A DNA stretch of 64,000 bases from a virus (IMGVR_UViG_3300031344_000001); one strand, 5' to 3'. Positions 36,231 to 46,084 are shown, counted from the stretch's first letter. The notes: generated from the letters alone by a model not told the origin. Made by a program: numbers and translations.

Positions 36231-36817
36231 GCACTTGCCGCGGTTGGCAGCGGCAGCATCAACTCGTTGGCGTCATAGACGCAGCCATGCGCCTTGGTCA
36301 TGGCCTCTCGGATCTTGGGGACCGCCCCGGTGCCTGACGCCTTGTCGACGTCCTCGACCCAGGTCACCACGAGGATCGTGTGGGGAGCGTAGCGGGGGTG
36401 CGTTGACGGGTAGACGGGGGCCATGCAGATCGTCATCAGCGCTTTGGCGTGCAATGCGAGGTGGGGACGGATCTCGGAGGAGCGGAGGGTGGATCGGACG
36501 ACCCGCTCTACGTAGTGCTCGATCTCTACGACCGGGACGGTCGGCTCGCTGACCCGCGCGCAACAGATCGCCAGTTCCAGGAATGACTCGGCTGCCCAGG
36601 CGGCCGTGGAGGTGAAGCCCTTGTCGGCCTTCGCCAAGAGGACGATCGCGTTGCCGCGCGCTGCGGCGAAGGCCGTGACGCTGCGGAGAATGCCCGCGCG
36701 ATCCGCGCGAGGGTTCGCTACTGACACCGCGGCTAGCTCCAAGGGGCACGCCTTGGCGAATGGGCAGACGCTCTTGCCCGCTTGAAGGTATTTTTTGACG
36801 GCAGCCGCTCTGTCCAT
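36209..36817 (-). CDS. Hypothetical protein (202 aa)
   Basis: ATG with GGAGG RBS. Confidence 0.45.
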   Translation of the reverse strand: MDRAAAVKKYLQAGKSVCPFAKACPLELAAVSVANPRADRAGILRSVTAFAAARGNAIVLLAKADKGFTSTAAWAAESFLELAICCARVSEPTVPVVEIEHYVERVVRSTLRSSEIRPHLALHAKALMTICMAPVYPSTHPRYAPHTILVVTWVEDVDKASGTGAVPKIREAMTKAHGCVYDANELMLPLPTAASACKRGPS

Positions 36818-37245
36818 CACAGCCTCCGCCGCAGGCCCCTGGCCAACTTCTTGTACGCGGGCAACTCGCGCCCGCACCAGTTGATCATGATGTCATCGAT
36901 CGCGTCGGCACCGTCTGCTGTCTCGATGTAGCGGGCGCCCTCGTCGAAGCGCACCACGTGCACGGCCTTGTTGCTCCGGTCGAACTGCGTCGCGGTGGCG
37001 TCGACGATCAGCGCGCCGACGCGGCACCAGGCGTGTCGGTTCGGGAAGCGCCCGCGCTTGCCGAGGAACAACTCGTGCTTCATGTAGAAGCCGGTGCGCA
37101 GGGCGCGGGGGTCGTCGATCGCGGTGGCCACGCGCATCGCGGCGAGGCCGCACTCGCCCGCGAGGTTGCGCGGCGTCTTGGCGTCGCGCAGCAGCTCGGC
37201 GCGGACGTCGCGCGCAACGAGGGTCGTCCGCTCGACCAGGGTCAC
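36817..37245 (-). CDS. Hypothetical protein (142 aa)
   Basis: ORF track; protein-like. Confidence 0.45.
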   Translation of the reverse strand: MTLVERTTLVARDVRAELLRDAKTPRNLAGECGLAAMRVATAIDDPRALRTGFYMKHELFLGKRGRFPNRHAWCRVGALIVDATATQFDRSNKAVHVVRFDEGARYIETADGADAIDDIMINWCGRELPAYKKLARGLRRRL

Positions 37246-37688
37246 GTTTCACCGCCATTGTCAGTGCCATAGACGGCCCCTTGACGACCGATCTCTTGCG
37301 CCGCGCGTTCCCCCGCCGATGTCCGTCGGTACTCCCAGGCGGAGCGTGTGTGACCCCCGCGCGCCCGGCGCTCGGCCAAACCTTTGCGGACGAGCTGCGC
37401 CAGCGTCGCGCTGTGGTGCGACCCGTCGGTGCCGCCGAGGAAGCGAGGCGTGCACCAGAAATCGTCGGACAGCTGGTGGTACAGCAGGTCACGCTGCCTG
37501 GGAGTCAGCGTGCGCGCGTTGAGGATCTCGGCGATTCGTGCGCGGGCCTCCGCACGCGCCCGCTTCGTGTTACCGAGCGCGAAGCCGCATGTGTTTAGCA
37601 ACGTGACGTCGCCGTCGTCGGCGCGGCGGCCCGCTTCCGCGAACAGGTCCTTGATCTGCTCGTCGGTGATCGTGGCGGCGGTCAGCAT
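37242..37688 (-). CDS. Hypothetical protein (148 aa)
   Basis: ATG with AAGGAG RBS. Confidence 0.45.
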   Translation of the reverse strand: MLTAATITDEQIKDLFAEAGRRADDGDVTLLNTCGFALGNTKRARAEARARIAEILNARTLTPRQRDLLYHQLSDDFWCTPRFLGGTDGSHHSATLAQLVRKGLAERRARGGHTRSAWEYRRTSAGERAAQEIGRQGAVYGTDNGGET

Positions 37689-37912
37689 CGAGGCTCCTTC
37701 GTTTCGATCCCGAGCGTGCGGCGGAAGCAGCTCAGGTGCCACGGGCGGTACGCGGTGCCGCTCTCATCCGCGTGCTCCATCGAGACGCCGCAGTCGTCGG
37801 CCTCGATGGGCTGGGAGCACGCGAGGCAGTGCTCACCGACGGGGACGGGCACCTCCGCGATCTCACGGAGGCGCGGACGCCACGTGCCGTTCGTGAAGAA
37901 CCGCATCACGGG
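37682..37912 (-). CDS. Small Cys-containing protein
   Basis: CLACSQ..C..C; the long R-rich upstream ORF portion is rejected. Confidence 0.35.
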   Translation of the reverse strand, partial: PVMRFFTNGTWRPRLREIAEVPVPVGEHCLACSQPIEADDCGVSMEHADESGTAYRPWHLSCFRRTLGIETKEPRC

Positions 37913-38157
37913 AGCACCAGGGGACTGGGGTTGTTGGGATTCGGCGCGGGGAGCGCAGGGCCGCAGGCGGGGATCTGGTTGCCTGCGAAGCGGTCCGGGT
38001 ACACCGGGCGGTATGCCCGTTCCATGGTCGCGAGTACGAAGTGTGCGGCTTCGGCGTCCGCTCGTTGCTCGAAGGCGACGCCGACGATCGTCGCGTTGCA
38101 CGCGCAGGCGGCGTTCCACAGACCGTCCTCGCGCTGGTGCCAGACGAGGCGCATCAC
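37906..38157 (-). CDS. Small hypothetical protein
   Basis: ORF track. Confidence 0.35.
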   Translation of the reverse strand: MMRLVWHQREDGLWNAACACNATIVGVAFEQRADAEAAHFVLATMERAYRPVYPDRFAGNQIPACGPALPAPNPNNPSPLVLP

Positions 38158-38552
38158 TTCGTCTCCGGGCGTGCGCGTATTTTGCGGTAGCTCCAGACGA
38201 TCGCGTTAGCCATGCCGATAGAGGTGCGCACGCCATTGTCGTGCGCGTAGACCGTGTATCCGTCGCGCGGCGGCGGGCGCGGACCGTATTCTTCCTCTGC
38301 AAGCCACTCCAATAGCGCGGTTCGCAGTTGGCGCTTGGTCGAGAGGACGCCGCTGATCGGCTCGCCCCCAGGCAGTCGCTTGATCCGCCATCGCCCGGGA
38401 CCGGCGATGCCGCTGAGAGGCTCGATGCGCACGAACCCGCGTGATCCACGCGCCGCTCCCCGCGCTTCGGGCGGCGGCGACGTCACGCCGTACGGCCCCG
38501 CCTCGTACGTGAAGCGGTTCAGGGCGGCGCAGGCGTCCGTGATGTCCTTCAT
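38154..38552 (-). CDS. Hypothetical protein (132 aa)
   Basis: Start at MKDITDACAALNRF; ATGA overlap with the downstream gene. Confidence 0.45.
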   Translation of the reverse strand: MKDITDACAALNRFTYEAGPYGVTSPPPEARGAARGSRGFVRIEPLSGIAGPGRWRIKRLPGGEPISGVLSTKRQLRTALLEWLAEEEYGPRPPPRDGYTVYAHDNGVRTSIGMANAIVWSYRKIRARPETK

Positions 38553-38560
38553 CGTGAGTG

Positions 38561-39073
38561 TCACGGCGTAGCAACCTCGCCGCCTGGCTGGCGCCCCTCG
38601 GCCGCGAGCGCCTTGTCGGTCGCGTCCGTGAGCGCGTCGTACACCTCGCGCCACGCGGCGTGCGCGGTGAGGACTTCGTCGTCGGACACGAGCCCTTCCC
38701 CGGGCTGCGGTTCGCCGTCGAGGTCGCGCCAGCGGCGCAGCAGGTCGACCAGTTCGTCGCGCGTTGGCGGCTCGGGCGGAGGCGGGGTCTCGGACGGGGG
38801 GACGTGCCGTGCGTTCGTCCTTCTGAGCTGATGACACGCGCAGCGGCAGTCGGCGATCACACAGTAGGCGTTCAGCTCCACGCCCGCTGCCGCGTCGAGC
38901 AAGGTCGCTGGCCCCTTACCGGCGCAGGCGCTGCACGGGCTCGGGCAGCGGCGGCAGGGGATGTACCGGTTGAGGGCCGGGAACCACACGCGATGGCTGT
39001 CACCGCAGGTCACGCAACGGGGGCTCACGATTTGGGCTCCTCGCGGGTCAGCGGACATCGGCCCCGGTACCAT
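38561..39073 (-). CDS. Cys-rich zinc-finger-like protein
   Basis: CVTCG..CRRCPSPCSACAG..C..CRCAC. Confidence 0.4.
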   Translation of the reverse strand: MVPGPMSADPRGAQIVSPRCVTCGDSHRVWFPALNRYIPCRRCPSPCSACAGKGPATLLDAAAGVELNAYCVIADCRCACHQLRRTNARHVPPSETPPPPEPPTRDELVDLLRRWRDLDGEPQPGEGLVSDDEVLTAHAAWREVYDALTDATDKALAAEGRQPGGEVATP

Positions 39074-39273
39074 GGGTGTCCGGATAACGCGCGGGTGTAG
39101 AGGACCTCAGGATCCAGTGTTTGATCGACCGTGGGCTGCTGCACCCAGTAGCCGTCGAAGTCGCTGCGGCTGGAGTTGACGACCTTCCGTGCGCGCTCCT
39201 TGTTGGGGGCGATCACGAGACCCTGGCGCGATCCGTCGAGGTTCCCGACCCACATCTTGAGCTTCACGGGCAT
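39025..39273 (-). CDS. Small hypothetical protein
   Basis: ORF track; overlaps its neighbour by 48 nt, so the start is uncertain. Confidence 0.3.
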   Translation of the reverse strand: MPVKLKMWVGNLDGSRQGLVIAPNKERARKVVNSSRSDFDGYWVQQPTVDQTLDPEVLYTRALSGHPWYRGRCPLTREEPKS

Positions 39274-39539
39274 CGCGGTTTCTCCGTGCCGTCAGGCCAG
39301 ATGCTTCCGAGCACAGCTTCGTACGACGTCCTGACTTCATAGCTCCAGCGACGCTTCGTCGGGAACCACTCCGCGGTGACGATGCGCTGCTCGCCGTCCT
39401 TGTCCTTGAAGACGGAGACCACGTGCAGGAGCGCGTCCACCTGCTTGACGCGACCGCCGCCAGCGCCGTGCCGCGTGGCGTGGCGGAGCGTGGTGCCGAC
39501 CTTCGGCGGCCACCATGTGGGCGTCTCGCTGCGCTTCAC
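39264..39539 (-). CDS. Small hypothetical protein
   Basis: ORF track. Confidence 0.4.
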   Translation of the reverse strand: MKRSETPTWWPPKVGTTLRHATRHGAGGGRVKQVDALLHVVSVFKDKDGEQRIVTAEWFPTKRRWSYEVRTSYEAVLGSIWPDGTEKPRCP

Positions 39540-40531
39540 GGCGTCACCTCGTAGTCCGACACGACGAAGCCTTCCTCCTCGGAGCCCGCGAGCGTCGGCC
39601 CCCAGTACCAGACGTCCTTGTAGCGCCCGAACAGCCCTTTGCCGGCACGGTAGTCCTTCATGTGCCCGCGCTTTCGGTGGCGCCGCGGCGTCGAGCCGTC
39701 ACCGGGTAGCCCCTCGGACGCGATCGTGCGGGGCGTCTTGTCGAGGTCGACGCGCACCGTGTGGTACGACACGAGCGGCTTCTTGCCACTCTTCACGCGG
39801 GACTTCTGAAAAGCGTCCGGTGCCCGGTGCTCGATCGTGTCGATGTTGGCGCAGTTCATCATCGCGAGCGTCGTCCAGCCGACGAGTGACGCAGCGCCGA
39901 CCTGCACCGACTCGTCCTGGGACAGGATCGATCCGTGGCTCATCCAGAAGTTCAGAAGCGTGCCGTCAGCGGCGACGGAGATCGTGCCGACATGGTAGGG
40001 ACCGCGCAGCCCCGAGATGTGCGCGCCGTCGTTCTTGTGGGCGAACTCCAGGAAGTCCAGCGTCAGGTAGATCCACCGGCAGCGAACGTCGCGCGAGAAC
40101 TCGACGATCTTTGTCGGGGTCGCCTGCGCGCCGTCGCCGATGATCGTTCTCGCGATCTCCTCTGCCTGTGCGGGCGCGCAGGCCACGAACAGCATGCCCA
40201 TCCGCTTGGCGGTCGGGAGGCGGGGATGGTCCCACTCGACGAAGAACTTCGTGTGCGGGGGCACGAGGCACTTGAGGTCGCTCCAGAAAGCGGCGTGGGC
40301 CTCCTTGGCGCTCTTGCTGGAGCCGTCGCCGCTCAGGTAGTTGGCGTCGAAGAAGCGCGCGACGTTCGTCGCTTCGACGCACACCGCCCCGCCGAGGATC
40401 TGGCGCATCCCCGCGTTGTGCTGGAACACCATCTCCTGGTCCAGCGCGACGTCCGTGGCCGGCAGTGGCGGCACGATGATGCCGGACAAGAGCGCGTCGA
40501 GCAGGCGCGCGCGGACAGGCTGCTTGCTCAT
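39536..40531 (-). CDS. Hypothetical protein (331 aa)
   Basis: Start at MSKQPVRARLL; protein-like throughout. Confidence 0.5.
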   Translation of the reverse strand: MSKQPVRARLLDALLSGIIVPPLPATDVALDQEMVFQHNAGMRQILGGAVCVEATNVARFFDANYLSGDGSSKSAKEAHAAFWSDLKCLVPPHTKFFVEWDHPRLPTAKRMGMLFVACAPAQAEEIARTIIGDGAQATPTKIVEFSRDVRCRWIYLTLDFLEFAHKNDGAHISGLRGPYHVGTISVAADGTLLNFWMSHGSILSQDESVQVGAASLVGWTTLAMMNCANIDTIEHRAPDAFQKSRVKSGKKPLVSYHTVRVDLDKTPRTIASEGLPGDGSTPRRHRKRGHMKDYRAGKGLFGRYKDVWYWGPTLAGSEEEGFVVSDYEVTP

Positions 40532-40689
40532 GGGCGCCTCGGGTCGCCGATCAGCAGCTTCGCCATGCACGTGAAGCAGACCCACAGGCCGCCGCCGAGG
40601 TAGTGGGCGCGCTGGGATCGATCTCCGTGGCCGCAGAGCTGCGCGCCGGGGTCGAACGTTTCGACCTTTGGTGACGGCGACGTGCTCAT
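40528..40689 (-). CDS. Tiny zinc-ribbon peptide (53 aa)
   Basis: Below the ORF-track cutoff; ATGA overlap with the downstream gene; GGAG RBS; CGH..CFTC. Confidence 0.25.
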   Translation of the reverse strand: MSTSPSPKVETFDPGAQLCGHGDRSQRAHYLGGGLWVCFTCMAKLLIGDPRRP

Positions 40690-41003
40690 TCGGAGGGCTC
40701 CGGTTGAGGTTGAGGCTTACGCTGGAGCCACCAGCCCCACTGCTCGTGCTGCTTGCCGTCCGCTTCCCACGCCTCGCGTTGGGGCGCTCCGAGGAGTTCC
40801 CAGCCGTCCGCCAGCATCTCCAGGAGGCAGGTGTAGCGAGGGATGTTCTTGGGCGCAGGTGTGTAGCCGATGAAGATCTTCCCTGCGTACTCGTCCCCGG
40901 GGCGCGACTTCTTCACGAGCAAGCTCGCGTCCTCGAACGTCCAGCCGTCGATCTCGCTCCGCAGTGACGGGCTGACTGTGCAGACGCTCGCGACCTGTAT
41001 CAC
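40686..41003 (-). CDS. Small Trp-rich hypothetical protein
   Basis: GTGA overlap; AGGAGA RBS. Confidence 0.4.
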   Translation of the reverse strand: MIQVASVCTVSPSLRSEIDGWTFEDASLLVKKSRPGDEYAGKIFIGYTPAPKNIPRYTCLLEMLADGWELLGAPQREAWEADGKQHEQWGWWLQRKPQPQPEPSE

Positions 41004-41398
41004 GTGGTCTCCTGGTCGTGAGGGGATTCCGACCCCGGCAGCTTCATGCACTCTTTGTGCTGGCGCTCGATCGCGCGCATCGTCTCGCGCAGCCACGAGC
41101 GGATCGTGCGGATGAGCGCGTGGTCGTGCGTGTGGTATTCGAGCTGCTCGGCGACCTTGGTGGTGATGTTGAGGTCCGTGTGGGATACCGGGTAGAAGCT
41201 CGGCCACTCGGTGCCGCGGGCCGTGTTGAACAGACCGTTGATCACGCCGTGGTCCCCCAGTGCACGGCACCGGGCGTCGTAGTGATGCTTGCTGGCTTCC
41301 TTGAGCAGCTGCGCCCACGCGATCGGGATCGACACGTTCAGGCGCACTTCGTACGTGAAGCTGTCCTGGACCGGGGCGGTGGGATCTTGCGACGTCAC
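41000..41398 (-). CDS. Hypothetical protein (132 aa)
   Basis: GTGA overlap; GAGGAGG RBS. Confidence 0.4.
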   Translation of the reverse strand: MTSQDPTAPVQDSFTYEVRLNVSIPIAWAQLLKEASKHHYDARCRALGDHGVINGLFNTARGTEWPSFYPVSHTDLNITTKVAEQLEYHTHDHALIRTIRSWLRETMRAIERQHKECMKLPGSESPHDQETT

Positions 41399-41616
41399 GA
41401 CGACGCCTCCTCGGAGGTCATGGGCTTGGTCTCCTGTCGGCCCAGCGTCATCAAACGAACGTGGTCGTAGCCGGACGCAGCGTCCGTGCAACCCCGCCGC
41501 GCGGCGCCACGGGCCATCGTCGAGAGCAGGGAGGGCGGCGCGCCTGCCGCGAGCAGCGCCAGCGCGTGCTCGACCGCTGCGAAGAAGTGATCCGGGTGGG
41601 CAGACCGGGTGTTCAT
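41395..41616 (-). CDS. Small hypothetical protein
   Basis: ATGA overlap. Confidence 0.35.
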   Translation of the reverse strand: MNTRSAHPDHFFAAVEHALALLAAGAPPSLLSTMARGAARRGCTDAASGYDHVRLMTLGRQETKPMTSEEASS

Positions 41617-41834
41617 TGGAGGGGGAGTCCCTTCCGAGCGCAGACGTCCTGGACGAAGGGGAGGGGCAGCTCGGCGATCGTCGCGATCCGGTCGGCGGTG
41701 CACACGGCCTCGCCCTCGTGGTAGGCGACGGTGCGCCATGCGCGCGCGACGGCGGCCTCTCGCGCGAGGATCCTCGCGGCTTCGTTCGCCGAGCTGTCGC
41801 CGGTCTCCTGCGCGACCTGGTTGATCGACTTCAC
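41613..41834 (-). CDS. Small hypothetical protein
   Basis: GTGA overlap; GGAGG RBS. Confidence 0.35.
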   Translation of the reverse strand: MKSINQVAQETGDSSANEAARILAREAAVARAWRTVAYHEGEAVCTADRIATIAELPLPFVQDVCARKGLPLQ

Positions 41835-42472
41835 GAGTACGCCTCCTCGGAGACGATCTCGGCGTCGACGGCGTCGTCCACCGGGCTCCACCAGGTCGGC
41901 GCCTTGACCAAGGCGGTGCCGGCCGAGCGGGCCTGCGTCGGGCGGGTCTGCGTCGGGGCGGGGGCGCGGGTCGTCGTGCTGCGGGGCGTGCGACGCCGCG
42001 CGCGGGTCGCGGCGCGGCGGGCGTCCGCCTCGCGGCGACGGCACGCGGCGTCGCGGGCGAGCGCGATCGTCGCCCCGTTGCCGACCGCGTTGATGAGGAT
42101 CAAGACGGCGAGCGCGACGGCGCTCGTGGCACCGTGGGCCACCAGCATGACGCCCTCGATCGCGAGGACGAACCCCAGGGCCTTGCGCGCGTCGCCGAAC
42201 ACGGAGCAGCCAAACTTGTAGACGGTCAGCCCTGAGAAGCACGCGCAGCCGAGCACGACCGCGATCATGACCAGGGCGAGCCCGTGGTTGCCGGCGAACC
42301 AGGTCGTCGGGATCTCCGCGTGCGCCAGCGTGCGCGCGAACCACGGGACGAGCCCGCCGACGAGCGCGCCGATCAGGGTCGCCTGCGGGCGGCGGATCGC
42401 GCACTCCAGCTGCGAGACGATGTCGACGGTGGCCGCGCGGTCGGCCTCGTGCCGGGAGTGTTTGCGGGTCAT
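41831..42472 (-). CDS. Integral membrane protein (3-4 TM) with basic C-terminal tail
   Basis: Three long hydrophobic segments; C-terminal RRREADARRAATRARRR tail. Confidence 0.5.
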   Translation of the reverse strand: MTRKHSRHEADRAATVDIVSQLECAIRRPQATLIGALVGGLVPWFARTLAHAEIPTTWFAGNHGLALVMIAVVLGCACFSGLTVYKFGCSVFGDARKALGFVLAIEGVMLVAHGATSAVALAVLILINAVGNGATIALARDAACRRREADARRAATRARRRTPRSTTTRAPAPTQTRPTQARSAGTALVKAPTWWSPVDDAVDAEIVSEEAYS

Positions 42473-42600
42473 GCCCCGAGGTAGAGCAGGTAGCGTGCCT
42501 GGCGTGGCGCGCCCGCAAGTGGTCGTCGAGACGCCGTGAGTAGGCGCGCACCCTGTCTCCGCGGGGTCACGCGCGAGGTGCCGAGGACACGGGTAGCGCA

Positions 42601-42921
42601 TCACCCGGCCAGGGGGCCGTGCCCCGGCTTGCAGGTGTCGAGCTTGGTTGGCCAGACGACCTCGCACGTCAACTCGTGGCCGTAACGGTTCTGCCGCATC
42701 GGCATCGGCAGAATGAACACGTGCCACGACTTGAACAGGTCGTTCGGCTCTATGCCGTAGTCGTGACCGGTTAGGTTCGCCTTCTCCTGCGCGTCCTTCT
42801 TAGCGGCGCTGTACGCCGCCATGCCTGCGCTGGAGTGGCGCCATGCTGCGCGGTCGACCCGCGGCTTCCGCGCGTGCTTTGATCGCGTCATCTTCGTTGC
42901 GCTCCTTCGTGGGTGAGTCAC
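42601..42921 (-). CDS. Hypothetical protein
   Basis: ORF track. Confidence 0.35.
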   Translation of the reverse strand: MTHPRRSATKMTRSKHARKPRVDRAAWRHSSAGMAAYSAAKKDAQEKANLTGHDYGIEPNDLFKSWHVFILPMPMRQNRYGHELTCEVVWPTKLDTCKPGHGPLAG

Positions 42922-42924
42922 GAG

Positions 42925-43198
42925 TCACGAGAGACAGCGGGCCGCGAGCGCCGTGACGATGACGACGGGCCAGACGAGCCCGGCGAGGACGCGCCGCCAC
43001 GGGGGCATGAAAGGAATGCTGTCGAGGCGAAAGGGCAGCGCCATCGAAAACCAGACCGCGACACCGAGGTACACGCAATACGCGATATGCGATATGCAAT
43101 CCCGGTGTCGTCGGCGCGATGCAGTCGAGCGCTTGGTCGACGAGCCCGACCGCTGCACCGAGCCCCATGCCGATCAACAAGTCACGCTTGAGAAACAT
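42925..43198 (-). pseudogene. Frameshifted small 3-TM membrane protein gene (holin-like), split by a 7-bp tandem duplication GCGATAT at 43083..43096
   Basis: ORFs 42800..43198 and 42925..43158 overlap in frames differing by 1 nt. Both encode HIAY exactly at the duplicated heptamer. Removing one copy fuses them into one ~88-aa 3-TM protein. Confidence 0.45.
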
Positions 43199-45248
43199 CT
43201 TGAGCGTCTTTCCTGGGTGTGCGTGAGAGGCCGTGCTCCTTGCGCAGCCGCTTGAAGGCTCGATTCGAGAGCGCGATCGTGATGCCTAGCTCGAGGTGTC
43301 GCCAGGGGTCGTCGAGTCGCGAGTCCTGCGGGTCGATGCGCGCGAGGATGCTGTTGCCGGTGTACGGCTCGCGCGTGGTCCAGTGCTGGAGCGGCCACGG
43401 CAGCCGCTTCTCGGGGATGCCCATGAGCAGCGCGAGCGCGCGCGGGTTGTCCGGTTGGATGATCGTGAACACACTCGCGCGTAGCGTGGGATCGATCGCG
43501 CACGTGCGCACACCACGCTTCGTGTCCCAGGTCCCGAGTTCGATCCCGATGCCCCGAGGCACTCCTTTGAAGGCGTCGTACCAGGAGCGCCCCTGGCGCT
43601 GCTTGAGGATGCCGGCCTCCTTCCAGCGCAGCTCGTCGTGCGCCGGGAAGCCGTGGTCCTCGTGGCTCTTCCACGTCGTCACGGGCGCGACGAGCTCGCC
43701 GCACGCGACGGCCTTCCAGATGAAAGGCATGTTGCGCGCGATGCGCTTGCCGTACCACGACAGGATCATCGCTTGCTTCGCGGCGAACTCGGCGGTCGCC
43801 AGGCGCTGGACGCCCAGGATGAGGTTGTTGCGCGCGTACCACGCGCGCGTGCGCTCGACGGCCTTCGCCGTCCCGAAGTAACTCGGGTCGAGCGCGCCGG
43901 GCTCGATCGGATCTGTGCGGTGGTCGGGGCCCCAGCCGATGACGTTCGGCTGCTTGCGGACGCGCGGCAGGCGCGAGGTCTCGACCTCGCCGGGCAGGAG
44001 CTTGGCAGCCTCCTTTCCGACGGCGAGCGCCTGGCGCTCCCCGACGACGTCGAGCAGGACCTCCGGCACGCGGTCGCGGTAGCGCTCCTCCAGCCAAGCG
44101 TTGTGTCCGACGGGCGTGTGGTTGTCGGCCAGTTCCGGCGTCGTGGTGGCGACGGTGAGCCTCGGCAGGACGAGCGGCTGGTACTGCCCCGTGAGCACGA
44201 GCGCGCTCTGCGCGTCCACGAGCGCGTGCGGCGCGACGACCATCTCGCCCGTGTACGACAGCTCGGGCGTCTTGTAGTCGTCGTGGTCGAACTTCTTGGC
44301 GACGAGGTCGAACAAGAGGGTGAGCCAGACGAACTCGGAGGGCTCCAGGTTCGGGACCTCCTCGATCGGGACGGCCTTCGCGTCGATCGGGATGAGCGCG
44401 GTCTTGTTCTTGCCCCGCAGGTGCTTGTGTTTGACCGGATCTTCGTCGAGGAGGCGGTACGGGAACCAGTGCATGCGGGCGCGCTCTTTGAGGCGCCGGT
44501 CGGGGCGCCTCGTCATGTTGTGGTACTCGGGGTGCGCGCCCTCCTGGAAGTCGGTGAGGACCGTGGTCGTCTCGCCGTTGCGAAGCCCGAGCACGAAGTA
44601 GGCTTGGCAGACGTCCTCGGGGCGGACCAGCGCCAGCGTGATGCCCGAGACCATTTGACGCCGCAACGCGTGGACGAAGGAGTTGATGCTCGAGAACTCG
44701 AAGATCTGCCGGTTGTACTGGAGGGGCTTTGGATCGCGCGCGCCCTGCGTGAACTGGTGCGTCGCGAGCCTGTCAAGGCTCCGTGACGCCGCGAGGCGCA
44801 GCTGCCCGAGGGCTCGCTCGTCCGCGAGGTGCTCCTTGAGCTTGCCGAGGTCGTAGCCGTAGTGCACGGCCGCGGCGCGAAGCGCCTCCTTGAAGGAGGT
44901 GACGGCGTCCTCGCAGGGGGCCTGCGTGACGAGCGCGTGGAACGTGCGGAGCTTGGCGAACGCCTTCTCGACCGTGGCCGGAGCGTAGAGGAGGGCGTGG
45001 GCCCCGAACGACTTCTCAGCGACGTACGCCTCGAACAACCCGCGCAGGAGTAGGATCGCCGTCGTGCCCGACATGTCGAGCGCGCGCGCGTCGTTCAGCT
45101 CTTCGACGTACTTCTGGAGGTCGTGGCTCTGGAACTCGGAGTTGCTGCCGATCGTGAACGTGAACTTGTTCGTGCCGAGCTTGGTGCCCGTCAGCGCCGC
45201 CCACGCAGGGACGGCCTCGTTCAGGATCTCGTTCAGGTCAGCCACCAT
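43182..45248 (-). CDS. Large hypothetical protein (688 aa)
   Basis: Longest ORF in the window; protein-like composition throughout; no motif recognised. Confidence 0.6.
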   Translation of the reverse strand: MVADLNEILNEAVPAWAALTGTKLGTNKFTFTIGSNSEFQSHDLQKYVEELNDARALDMSGTTAILLLRGLFEAYVAEKSFGAHALLYAPATVEKAFAKLRTFHALVTQAPCEDAVTSFKEALRAAAVHYGYDLGKLKEHLADERALGQLRLAASRSLDRLATHQFTQGARDPKPLQYNRQIFEFSSINSFVHALRRQMVSGITLALVRPEDVCQAYFVLGLRNGETTTVLTDFQEGAHPEYHNMTRRPDRRLKERARMHWFPYRLLDEDPVKHKHLRGKNKTALIPIDAKAVPIEEVPNLEPSEFVWLTLLFDLVAKKFDHDDYKTPELSYTGEMVVAPHALVDAQSALVLTGQYQPLVLPRLTVATTTPELADNHTPVGHNAWLEERYRDRVPEVLLDVVGERQALAVGKEAAKLLPGEVETSRLPRVRKQPNVIGWGPDHRTDPIEPGALDPSYFGTAKAVERTRAWYARNNLILGVQRLATAEFAAKQAMILSWYGKRIARNMPFIWKAVACGELVAPVTTWKSHEDHGFPAHDELRWKEAGILKQRQGRSWYDAFKGVPRGIGIELGTWDTKRGVRTCAIDPTLRASVFTIIQPDNPRALALLMGIPEKRLPWPLQHWTTREPYTGNSILARIDPQDSRLDDPWRHLELGITIALSNRAFKRLRKEHGLSRTPRKDAQDVSQA

Positions 45249-45250
45249 GG

Positions 45251-45637
45251 TTACCGTGGGACCTCGGCGAGCGTCGCGTACGCGCCGCTTGAGGCATCAG
45301 TGCCCCAGGAGGCTTGGTGCTTCACGTCCTCGGCCTGTGCGATCTGCACCAGCGTGCGCGCGAAGCGCAGGTGCTGGTCCCACTCGGGGTACGAGGGCCC
45401 CGTGCTGGCGGCAGGTTTCCACAGCACGCCGATGCCCGCGATCGTGTGTCGGACCGCAGTCAGCTCGGCGATCGTGTCGATCAGAGCCCGCGGCACCTCA
45501 AGCTTGTCCGCGAGGCACATCGAGAGGTGGTCCGAGTACCTGTTGTAGGGCGAGGCTGTCAGGAGCAAGCACCGCACGGGGGTCCCGCCAGAGATGGCGA
45601 GGCCGGAGAGGCTGCACGTCATCGAGAAGTCACCCAT
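45251..45637 (-). CDS. Hypothetical protein (128 aa)
   Basis: ORF track. Confidence 0.45.
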   Translation of the reverse strand: MGDFSMTCSLSGLAISGGTPVRCLLLTASPYNRYSDHLSMCLADKLEVPRALIDTIAELTAVRHTIAGIGVLWKPAASTGPSYPEWDQHLRFARTLVQIAQAEDVKHQASWGTDASSGAYATLAEVPR

Positions 45638-45878
45638 CCGTTGGCTCCTTGCTCGACAGCTCCTCGTGGAGGCGGTCGGCGTCTTCTTTGCACTCGCGCT
45701 GCGTCGAACCAGATCCGACGACGCACCAGGCGTTGGGCAGTCTCTTGAATTGCAACTCGTAGGATTCCGGGCGCATGAGCCCGCCGTAGACCGGCGTGAT
45801 CCACCAGCGTCCGCAGTGCGACTCCACGAAGTCGCCCGTCGCGCGTTTCCATCGGATCTTGTGCGCCTCGTCCGTCAT
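45630..45878 (-). CDS. Small hypothetical protein
   Basis: ORF track. Confidence 0.4.
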   Translation of the reverse strand: MTDEAHKIRWKRATGDFVESHCGRWWITPVYGGLMRPESYELQFKRLPNAWCVVGSGSTQRECKEDADRLHEELSSKEPTDG

Positions 45879-46084
45879 CGTGGCTCGTCGGCGTCGGCGC
45901 TCGTGACCTCTGTGACCGTCATGCTCGCGTACGCCTGGTCCACGATCGCCTCGTGCACGCGCGGCGCCGTGATCACCTCGTCCGGTGACGACAGCTCCAG
46001 CTCGAGCACGATCGAGACGCGGAGCTTCTTCCAGACCTTGGTGACGGAGCCCGACTGCGGCCTCATCGCGTCTCCGTCACGCAT
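45875..46084 (-). CDS. Small hypothetical protein
   Basis: ATGA overlap. Confidence 0.35.
   Translation of the reverse strand: MRDGDAMRPQSGSVTKVWKKLRVSIVLELELSSPDEVITAPRVHEAIVDQAYASMTVTEVTSADADEPR

Noticed and set aside
39025-39273. Confident call of both overlapping small ORFs 38561..39073 and 39025..39273
   Set aside because: They overlap by 33-48 nt on the same strand with no alternative start. One start, or one gene, is probably wrong, so I kept both at low confidence.
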